Assembly: GCA_016931155.1 (NCBI GenBank)
Contig: JAFGFJ010000003.1
Location: 1 to 54,081 of the forward strand
Length of the DNA stretch: 54,081 nt
DNA from: Candidatus Dojkabacteria bacterium
GTDB taxonomy: Bacteria; Patescibacteriota; Dojkabacteria; B142; JAFGFJ01
Direction: 5' to 3'
Below the pieces are notes generated by a model that saw only the letters and a list, made by a program, of their open reading frames with translations, did no database searches and was not told the DNA's origin. Shown here piece by piece: positions 35,251-42,914 of the stretch. The translations under genes and the position numbers were made by a program. Position 1 is the stretch's first letter, and each line of letters opens with the position of its first letter.

Positions 35251-35416
35251 TACACTCACATGTAGTAGGTAGTAGTAAGTGAAGATCTATACTTATTAGT
35301 TGGATGCTTGAGTGTTTCCGGGGTAAAAAGCCGTATACATACATTATAAGAGGGAGTCATGATATCCCAGAGACTTAATGCAAGAAGCGTGTCATTATTA
35401 AATTTTTAGACAACAA

Positions 35417-35980
35417 ATTATAGGAAGTTTTTACAAAAGAAGAACTGATCCCCCACTACAATTCAAATACAACAGGAATCACTATATTAAGTCACCTGAG
35501 CTGTTTGTAGTTGATGAGCTTGGGAACAAGCTCGGAGTGATGAAGAAAGAAGAAGCCATGAAACTTGCTGTTGAGAAGGATCTGGATCTGGTTGAAGTCT
35601 CGCCAAACGCAAAACCTCCTGTTGCAAAAATACTTGAATGGTCGAAATTCAAGTATGACATGGAAAAAAAGAAAAAGGAAAGCAAGGGTAAAAACACAGA
35701 AATGAAAGAGATGTGGTTTCAGGCTTATATTGGAAAGGGTGATCTTGAACACAAACTGAAAAGAATAGAAGAGTTTCTAGACAAGAAACACCAGGTAAAG
35801 CTAACCGTAAGACCAGCAAGAAGAAAAAGGTATGATAGAGAAGCTCTAATCAAGTTGATGAACAGGATCATGGGGAGTTTGGGCAAAAGTGTAAAATTTG
35901 AAGGAAATGCCAAGTTTGAAGGAAGAAATTATGCTATAATCGTCACTCCTGTAAAAAAACAAAATGAGAAAAACACATAA
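35417..35980 (+). CDS. infC: Translation initiation factor IF-3, probable non-AUG (AUU/AUA) start
   Basis: The track ORF starts at GTG 35537, but the frame is open from 35402. The upstream residues ...FKYNRNHYIKSPELFVVDELGNKLGVM match the conserved IF-3 N-domain (N..I....v.vid..G..lGv). The only in-frame starts there are ATT 35402, ATT 35417, ATA 35420 and ATT 35486. Confidence 0.85.
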   Translation: MIGSFYKRRTDPPLQFKYNRNHYIKSPELFVVDELGNKLGVMKKEEAMKLAVEKDLDLVEVSPNAKPPVAKILEWSKFKYDMEKKKKESKGKNTEMKEMWFQAYIGKGDLEHKLKRIEEFLDKKHQVKLTVRPARRKRYDREALIKLMNRIMGSLGKSVKFEGNAKFEGRNYAIIVTPVKKQNEKNT

Positions 35981-36155
35981 AGCGACAGCAAAAAGATTTA
36001 AAATAACTGGAAAAGGCAAGATTGTGCACAATAGACAGGGAGATAATGCACACCTGAAAACAAACAAAAACAGAAGCCAAAAGGCAAGGCTTAATAAGCA
36101 AAAAGTACTTGCTTCCTCAAAGCAAGCAAAAAATATCAATATATTAATGAACTAA
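35964..36155 (+). CDS. rpmI: 50S ribosomal protein L35
   Basis: 63 aa. MRKTHKATAKRFKITGKGKIVH... Overlaps the infC end by 17 nt. Confidence 0.93.
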   Translation: MRKTHKATAKRFKITGKGKIVHNRQGDNAHLKTNKNRSQKARLNKQKVLASSKQAKNINILMN

Positions 36156-36162
36156 TTTAGAA

Positions 36163-36513
36163 ATGAGAGTCAAAAGAGGAGAGGGAAGAAGAAAAAAGCA
36201 TAAAAAAGTACTAAGTCTGACAAAAGGTTTCAGATTAACCTATTCCAAGCTTTATAAAAGAGCAAAGGAAGCTCTTCTTCACTCCGGACAATATTCGCTT
36301 GCAGATAGAAGAAAAAGAGGAGGACAGTTTAGAAGAGTATGGATTAAGAGAATAAATGCCGCTCTTGAACCATTTGACATCAGCTACAGTAGATTCATTT
36401 CTGCCCTGAAAAAATCAGATATAGAGCTGGATAGAAAAGTTCTTGCAGATCTTGCTCTGGATCATTCTGAAGAATTTAAAGCTGTAGTACAGTCTACAAA
36501 AGATAAACAATAA
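36163..36513 (+). CDS. rplT: 50S ribosomal protein L20
   Basis: 116 aa. MRVKRGEGRRKKHKKVLSLTKGF...RRKRGGQFRRVWIKRINAA. Confidence 0.95.
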   Translation: MRVKRGEGRRKKHKKVLSLTKGFRLTYSKLYKRAKEALLHSGQYSLADRRKRGGQFRRVWIKRINAALEPFDISYSRFISALKKSDIELDRKVLADLALDHSEEFKAVVQSTKDKQ

Positions 36514-36623
36514 TCCGGCATTACATAACTTCAGATACTTTTCTATTAGTCTATTAAAGTAGTACCACCCGAAATTTCTGGAGAGAGAAATAGTAGTACA
36601 CACAAGAATAAAACAGCTTTGTA

Positions 36624-38519
36624 TTAGCTGATCTTTATTTTATTCTGTTTTACCCAGTAGATAAGACCTATTCCACTGAACAGAAGAATTATCCCAGGAA
36701 TATACAGGAAATAATCGGTAAGAGCAGTATCAGGGAGAGCATCCAGCCTTATTGTTGCAGAAATCCCAAGAACGCTCCCTACTGAGTTGATAGATATGTC
36801 ATAATCCCCGGCAACTACAATCTGTGAAAGATCAGCTTCCCATACTCCATTTTCATCCGCAGAAGCAGTCATAGTCACATTCTGAGGTCCAGAAAACGCA
36901 AGAGATACAGTTGACCCGGGTATTGTTGTCCCTTTAACCGGCTCAAGCACCGATACTTCATTCTCATGTTCAAAGCTCATTACTGTAAGTCCTGCTTCTG
37001 GATCAAACTCCTGACTTTCATCATCAACTTTAAGTATGGTAGTCTGGAAAGAATTCAGCTCTCCGTACATTTCCAGATTCAGATCAGCACCAGAATTACT
37101 GAATAGTGAAGATAAATCTAAGGATCTTGCACTACCCATGTTTAAATTCCAACCTTTATTTTCAGCAGGCACAGTAGTCACCCAGGTCGATTTTTTACCA
37201 TCAGCACTATAATTTCCCGCTATAATGAAATCACGTGAGTCTTTAAGACCAATACTCGTTTCAAAAACAGGAGTAACCCTCCCTGTAACTACTTTTATAG
37301 AAGGAGGTGAGGAAAGCACTGCCGGAATTGTAAACACAAATGACCCAATTGTCGGTTTATATGACTTTGAATTTGAATTAATCTCAAAAAGAACTTTATC
37401 ATTCTTCTTAAAGGTTGGCTTACTAATAGTTACACTATGCGTAAAACGCTTTTTTGCGAGAACTGCTGAACCATCACGATCATCCAGTGCAAGTTCAGAA
37501 GGTGAAGATAACCCGTAAACCACACTCCCGGTCGTAGCCTCTTTGGTAAGCCACGAAACCGTAAAAGAAACATCAGATATATTTGAAATCTTTATCATAT
37601 AAGGAATTGTAGGATTCGAATCGAATCCTGAGAGATTTACAAATGATTCAATAAGTTTTTTACTTGTAGTGTCAGTACCTGATGATGGACTCGATGCAGG
37701 AACAGGAGAGGAGGTCGGTGATGGACTTGGCGATGGACTCCCTTCTCTTGGAAGTAGAGTAATACTCGCATCAGGGTTAAAAAAAGTTACTGACGATTTT
37801 GAAAGGCTCATAATCTCAGGCTTTGACGTGGAAAGGTATTGTCCTTGTGCAGTACCAAACCCAACTCCCTGCACAAAGGTCACAATATCAGCACTCGACA
37901 TGGAGAATTTCTCTCCAGACGTTAAACTTTTGAAAGAGCTCTTATCAAAGACATAGTTCCCAACCGAATTTGTAAGAGTCGAAACGATGGTTGACCTTAT
38001 ATTTCCATCTGTAGCATAAGAATAAACAAGCAAATCACCTGTTGACGGTGTAACATTACCTTCAACGGGATCAGGAGTAAATGGACTTTCTACACTTGAA
38101 GGAAGAGAGGAAAAAGAAAATGGATTTCCTGCATTATCATATTCTTCGCCCCCAATCATAATTGTGTAATAATACTTTGTATCAGCAGAAAGCCCTCTCA
38201 AAATAACCGAATGTGTGTTGTAAAGACCAAGAGAATCAATCTTGTCCCTTTCGTCAAAAGCAGATGAAGTAAGACTATCCTGACTTACTCCATACTTCAC
38301 AAGCCCATCAGTCTCATTTTCTGTTGTGACCCAGGTAACCGTTGCCGAGCTTTCTGTAAGGTTAGTAACAAAAACCTGTTGCGGGGTTTCTGTTGGTTTT
38401 GCCTTTGATGCTATATCACTGGCAATATGGACTGCAACAACAGTCAAGGGTATAGCAAATGCAAGAAAAGCTATGCCGGCAAGAGTAATATTTTGCTTCG
38501 CTGTTCTGGAAAAAGCCAT
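36624..38519 (-). CDS. Cell-surface protein with two FN3/purple-acid-phosphatase-N-like domains, Ser/Pro linker and C-terminal LPDTA sorting signal
   Basis: 631 aa. N-terminal signal/anchor. Domain copies are VFVTNLTESSATVTWVTTENETDGLVKYG...TKYYYTI and IKISNISDVSFTVSWLTKEATTGSVVYG. The linker is SPSPSPSPTSSPVPASSPSS. The C-terminus is LPDTA (nt 36723-36737), a hydrophobic stretch, then KQNKIKIS. Confidence 0.8.
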   Translation of the reverse strand: MAFSRTAKQNITLAGIAFLAFAIPLTVVAVHIASDIASKAKPTETPQQVFVTNLTESSATVTWVTTENETDGLVKYGVSQDSLTSSAFDERDKIDSLGLYNTHSVILRGLSADTKYYYTIMIGGEEYDNAGNPFSFSSLPSSVESPFTPDPVEGNVTPSTGDLLVYSYATDGNIRSTIVSTLTNSVGNYVFDKSSFKSLTSGEKFSMSSADIVTFVQGVGFGTAQGQYLSTSKPEIMSLSKSSVTFFNPDASITLLPREGSPSPSPSPTSSPVPASSPSSGTDTTSKKLIESFVNLSGFDSNPTIPYMIKISNISDVSFTVSWLTKEATTGSVVYGLSSPSELALDDRDGSAVLAKKRFTHSVTISKPTFKKNDKVLFEINSNSKSYKPTIGSFVFTIPAVLSSPPSIKVVTGRVTPVFETSIGLKDSRDFIIAGNYSADGKKSTWVTTVPAENKGWNLNMGSARSLDLSSLFSNSGADLNLEMYGELNSFQTTILKVDDESQEFDPEAGLTVMSFEHENEVSVLEPVKGTTIPGSTVSLAFSGPQNVTMTASADENGVWEADLSQIVVAGDYDISINSVGSVLGISATIRLDALPDTALTDYFLYIPGIILLFSGIGLIYWVKQNKIKIS

Positions 38520-38632
38520 AGTAATTCAAATATGAGACAGTCTAAGACAGAAGGGCAGGGGAGTCAATTTGAAAAAAATATTAGAACAACCAAAATACAA
38601 GACAGATTTGATCTGGAATCTATAAAATAAGA

Positions 38633-41575
38633 TTATGGTTTCCAGGTCTTTCCTCCACCATCCCTGACACGAACAAAGTATCCCCTTGTTTCTACTACAC
38701 CAAAGTCCCGACCGAAAAGCTCCCCATTCTCTTTGATAATACTTGTATATAGACCGCTTTCATACTGACTGAAAGCATCGGCATTAATACCCTGAGAGAT
38801 CATACTGTCAAGAACCGATTCTGCTGTAAAGGAAGATCCAGGCTTTATAACACTGACAAGATTCCAGCCGTTAGTTGTTTGAACCGGAACCATCTCTGAG
38901 AATCTGTTGCCATTCACCACATGATTATGCTTCCTGTAGGATCTGATAAAGTATGCTTCTCCAGGAAGAATATTAAAATCACTCCCAAAATCATTATCTC
39001 CTCTCCTGCTAAAGATCAGAAACTGACCTTCACGATATGTTGCAACGTGAGTAACAAAACCACCAGTACCATTTATTGCAGTCAAAAACTCCTTCGCCGT
39101 TCTACCGGTACCTTCCCTGGGGAATAGTGGCATACCAATCAAATTCCAGCCTTCAAGTAAATTAAAAATGACTGCACTTTCTTTAAATTCTATCTGAATT
39201 TGCAAATCCCCTTTCACATATTCCTCATCATCATCTTTTATGCTGTTATTGTTCAAATCGTAGAAAAATATTATTTTCCCCTGTCCTCCTTCTGGAACAA
39301 ACACCTCTACCTCTCTCTTCCCGCCTTCAAACTGATCTGACAACAGTAAGTATTTTCCGCTTTCATCAACGTTTATTGTATAAGATTCTTCTGTTGCACC
39401 AAGAATATCACTCCCACTGCCAACAGCAACTAAATCATTGGAATCATCACATTTGCCGGCAGTAATTTTCTTTGTTTTACAACAAGTATTATCACCATCA
39501 ATAGTTCCACTTTGACACCAGTTCACTTGCTTTCCACTCAAGAAACAAATCAAAGAATTGGTACAATTATTACATTTCCTCCCTTCTTCAGGACAATCAT
39601 TGAAGGGATCATTCGTACTACTTCCCTCGTATGCACACCTTCCATTTTCCTGCTTTCCAGAGGGACAACAAAAATTATCACTATCGAAAACTCCGCTTTT
39701 GCACCATTGCTTAGGTGTTTTTGCCCCAGTTGAGTTGTCAACAACAAAGCACCACTCACAATTTACTTTTGGCCCCTTACACTCTGCGCCTGCGGAACAC
39801 AATGCCGGCACAATTGACTGTTCAGAAACAGAGCAATCATTTGCACAACTCTCATTTGACTCACCCAGTAAAGGCTCACATACGCCATTGTTATTGCAAC
39901 TTCCACCACCATTCCCGGTTCCTCCTGACCCCCCACCTCCACTGTTTCCACACTGACCAGGACCAGCCGGGATAAACTCAGAATTACTATTTGAGTCACA
40001 GATACAACTGCTGGTCGAATCTCCAGAACAACATTTTTGAGCTGATACACAACTAGCTCTTTTTACTTCATTCCCGTTCGCTTTCGATTTACATACGCAC
40101 ATCCCAATACCACTACCTGAACCGGTATTGGTAGCTATTGGAGCAGGTTGAGGTGATCCCCCCTCATAGCATTCGCAATTCCCAAGACCTTGCCCACAAC
40201 CAGTAGCATCCCATCTTGGAGTTAACCCCGATCGACAATACGCCGTTAAGCACCTGTTTTCTGAAATCCCACAATTCCAGTCTGTATTAGTCGTTGTAGC
40301 AACAGGTTCTCCACTTCCTTCCTGAGGAAGAGGAGTTTGACCCCCTGTTGTTCCTCCAGAATTTGTACTTGTAAGATCTTCTCCATGTTGATTGCAATCT
40401 GAAGGGCAATTCCCATGATTTTCTCCACTTTCACAAATTTTGTTACCACATCGTGCTGATACCTGACACTTACTGCAACCACCGGAAGCACATGCATTAT
40501 ATCCTGCAACCCAATCACCCCCGTAATTTGAACAAATGTCATCACTACAGCAGTTGTTCCCGACTGCATACGCCCGAAACACTATTTCCGGCAATTCGTT
40601 TTGAGCTTTAAAATGACTATCTATCTCTGTCAAAACGATGTCCGGTGTTGGCTGATCCCGATCTGTCGGCACAGAAATCTCTTTTGTCCCGTTTATCGCT
40701 CCTTGTACAAAGATGTACTCTTTATCATCTTCTTCTATTTGAACAGAACCTGTCTGATCAAGAGTTCTTGCATTTCCAAGATCAATACTCCATGTACCGC
40801 TTTCTGAAGTATAAGTTGAGATAGTGGTTGTTTTTAAAATACCATCACGTTCTAAATATAAGTAAACAAGAGCATCAGATAACGGACTACCATCAGGTCT
40901 ATAAACTCTACCGTAGGCAGGATCGGGACTTTTCAAGCTCTCTATCACAGGTCCAGTTTCAATAGCTGTAAATCCATTTCCATCTGAATCGCTAGAAAAT
41001 CCTCTAATTACACCGGTTCCTATCCTGAAATAATATCTCGTATTTGGCTCGAGTCCTTCTATCGTTGCATGGTGTGTATAGTATTCCTTCCTTCCGCCAG
41101 CAAGTAAGACCTCATTGCCTTTCTTATCAAACCGGACGTCACGGTCATCATCTTCCCTCTGCTTACCAATAAATGCAAAAACAGGAAACCATTTATTCTC
41201 CTCTCCATAATAAACAACCCCTTTCGTTTTTTTATTTGAGACCCATGTAACTGTCGCTGAACCATTGGAAATGTTCGTAATATTGACATCTCTTATTTCT
41301 ACATTACTCTCCTTTACATAAAGATATGCTGCTATTCCTATCAAAGTTACTAACCCAAGACCAAGTCCAAACAGCAATACTGGAAATATTCTCTTTTTAA
41401 ATCTCACCTTAAAAGCAGGAAAGTTAAATCTGAAGAATTTAAACGGATTTTTTGATTCAGTACTGTCATGGTCATCAGTCGAGAAACCTTCAGGAGAATG
41501 ACTTGTCGCAATTCTATTATTTTGCTCATTAACCTCAACGTTTTCACTATTAATTTGGTTCTGCGTTACAGCCAT
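38633..41575 (-). CDS. Large N-terminally anchored surface protein: FN3/PAP-N-like domain, cysteine-dense core, C-terminal beta-rich region
   Basis: 980 aa. TM FPVLLFGLGLGLVTLIGIAAYLYV. FN3-like IRDVNITNISNGSATVTWVSNKKTKGVVYYG...TRYYFRI. Residues ~342-709 hold about 44 Cys by hand count. The C-terminal part has repeated GWNL(I/V) motifs. Confidence 0.8.
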   Translation of the reverse strand: MAVTQNQINSENVEVNEQNNRIATSHSPEGFSTDDHDSTESKNPFKFFRFNFPAFKVRFKKRIFPVLLFGLGLGLVTLIGIAAYLYVKESNVEIRDVNITNISNGSATVTWVSNKKTKGVVYYGEENKWFPVFAFIGKQREDDDRDVRFDKKGNEVLLAGGRKEYYTHHATIEGLEPNTRYYFRIGTGVIRGFSSDSDGNGFTAIETGPVIESLKSPDPAYGRVYRPDGSPLSDALVYLYLERDGILKTTTISTYTSESGTWSIDLGNARTLDQTGSVQIEEDDKEYIFVQGAINGTKEISVPTDRDQPTPDIVLTEIDSHFKAQNELPEIVFRAYAVGNNCCSDDICSNYGGDWVAGYNACASGGCSKCQVSARCGNKICESGENHGNCPSDCNQHGEDLTSTNSGGTTGGQTPLPQEGSGEPVATTTNTDWNCGISENRCLTAYCRSGLTPRWDATGCGQGLGNCECYEGGSPQPAPIATNTGSGSGIGMCVCKSKANGNEVKRASCVSAQKCCSGDSTSSCICDSNSNSEFIPAGPGQCGNSGGGGSGGTGNGGGSCNNNGVCEPLLGESNESCANDCSVSEQSIVPALCSAGAECKGPKVNCEWCFVVDNSTGAKTPKQWCKSGVFDSDNFCCPSGKQENGRCAYEGSSTNDPFNDCPEEGRKCNNCTNSLICFLSGKQVNWCQSGTIDGDNTCCKTKKITAGKCDDSNDLVAVGSGSDILGATEESYTINVDESGKYLLLSDQFEGGKREVEVFVPEGGQGKIIFFYDLNNNSIKDDDEEYVKGDLQIQIEFKESAVIFNLLEGWNLIGMPLFPREGTGRTAKEFLTAINGTGGFVTHVATYREGQFLIFSRRGDNDFGSDFNILPGEAYFIRSYRKHNHVVNGNRFSEMVPVQTTNGWNLVSVIKPGSSFTAESVLDSMISQGINADAFSQYESGLYTSIIKENGELFGRDFGVVETRGYFVRVRDGGGKTWKP

Positions 41576-41836
41576 AAAATGCTTTTACAAACAAGAAAAA
41601 TATAGCTAATACAACAAATAAAATCAATTCCTCCAGATGTATGCAACCCATACATTCAATTGCGAAAAAAACCACATCAGGATAAAATCACATATACAAA
41701 TACATACATATACATATACTTGTTGAAATGATCACAGTCTCAGTTGAATTGAAGTATAAGAGCAGTATTGTCCTTCAGTCTAATCAGCTAATATTGTTGC
41801 TTAAGGAAAAATACAACTAATACATAAAACCAGAAT

Positions 41837-42877
41837 TTGAAAACTTTTATGGAAAAAATTTTAATAAAACTCGAAAAACATATTACTTCAGCACAAGAGG
41901 GTCTCAAAAAGATCGATTGCGAGAAGAAACTTGATGAATTCCGGGTTAAATCTATGGGAAGAAAATCACAGCTTACAAATATCTTGCGTTCGATTAAAGA
42001 TCTAAAGACCGAAGAAAAAGTACTCGTCGGCAAAAAAGCAAACGAGATTAAAGGTAAACTTGAAAATATGATTGAAAATAAAATGGCTGAACTTCAGAAA
42101 AAGAAAGTAAGTAAACTGGCAGAAACTGAGTGGATTGATGTGACTGTTCCTGGGAAAGGTCACAAGCCTGGTCATCTTCATCCGACCACACAAATGATGG
42201 AATATGCCGAGGACATCTTTCAGGACATGGGATTTGAGATTGTATACCCGAATGAAATTGATGACGATTACCACAACTTCACTTCTCTGAATATGCCAGA
42301 AGGTCATCCTGCAAGAGATGCATGGGACACCTTTTGGACTGAAGAAGAACATGTAATGATCACACACACCTCATCCATGCAAAATAGAATTTTAAAGTCA
42401 GGATCACCCCCCATAAGAGCAATAGTCCCGGGTAAGTGCTTTAGAAATGAGGCAACCGATGCCAGGCATGAGCATACCTTTTACCAGTTTGAAGGGGTTT
42501 ATGTTGATAAGGGAATAACTCTTTCTGACATGATAGGTACTCTCCAGGCATTTTTTAATAGCTTTTATGAGAGAGATTTAAAAGTAAAATTCACTCCCGA
42601 CTTTTTTCCTTTTGTTGAACCAGGAGGAATGGTTTCACTCGAATGTGTTCTTTGCAGAGGCAAAGGCTGCAGAGTTTGCAAGTACACTGGCTGGCTCGAA
42701 ATACTTGGATGCGGAATGATACACCCAAACGTACTCAAAGAGGCAGGCATTGATCATAAAACGTATACTGGTTTCGCATGGGGATTCGGTTTGGAAAGGC
42801 TTATCATGCTCAAATACAATATAGAAGATGTAAGGCTTTTTCATAGTGGAGATCTGAGATTTGTGAAACAATTTTAG
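41837..42877 (+). CDS. pheS: Phenylalanine--tRNA ligase alpha subunit
   Basis: 346 aa. HPARD, FRNE and GFAWGFGLERL class II motifs. TTG at 41837; ATG 41849 (MEKILIKLE) is more likely. Confidence 0.95.
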   Translation: MKTFMEKILIKLEKHITSAQEGLKKIDCEKKLDEFRVKSMGRKSQLTNILRSIKDLKTEEKVLVGKKANEIKGKLENMIENKMAELQKKKVSKLAETEWIDVTVPGKGHKPGHLHPTTQMMEYAEDIFQDMGFEIVYPNEIDDDYHNFTSLNMPEGHPARDAWDTFWTEEEHVMITHTSSMQNRILKSGSPPIRAIVPGKCFRNEATDARHEHTFYQFEGVYVDKGITLSDMIGTLQAFFNSFYERDLKVKFTPDFFPFVEPGGMVSLECVLCRGKGCRVCKYTGWLEILGCGMIHPNVLKEAGIDHKTYTGFAWGFGLERLIMLKYNIEDVRLFHSGDLRFVKQF

Positions 42878-42914
42878 ATTATTGTAATTTATTTTACGAA
42901 TTTAGGTATTTTAT

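Noticed and set aside
35482-36139. Minus-strand track ORFs inside infC/rpmI (35482..35697, 35492..35752, 35725..35913, 35846..36139)
   Set aside because: They are antisense to highly conserved ribosomal and initiation-factor genes, and their translations are Phe/Leu/Ser-rich. They are shadow ORFs.
39512-40807. Several + and - track ORFs within the 980-aa gene (for example 39558..39956 and 40246..40569)
   Set aside because: They are alternative frames of the long Cys-rich CDS. The 980-aa frame is continuous, has a TM anchor and recognisable domains, and accounts for the region.
41576-41836. Possible T-box or leader structure upstream of pheS (also checked for alaS and tyrS)
   Set aside because: No GGTGGnACCGCG-like core and no leader terminator were found. 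Only a 7-bp hairpin (ATGTATG/CATACAT) and an ATAC/ATAT-rich microsatellite-like stretch are present.
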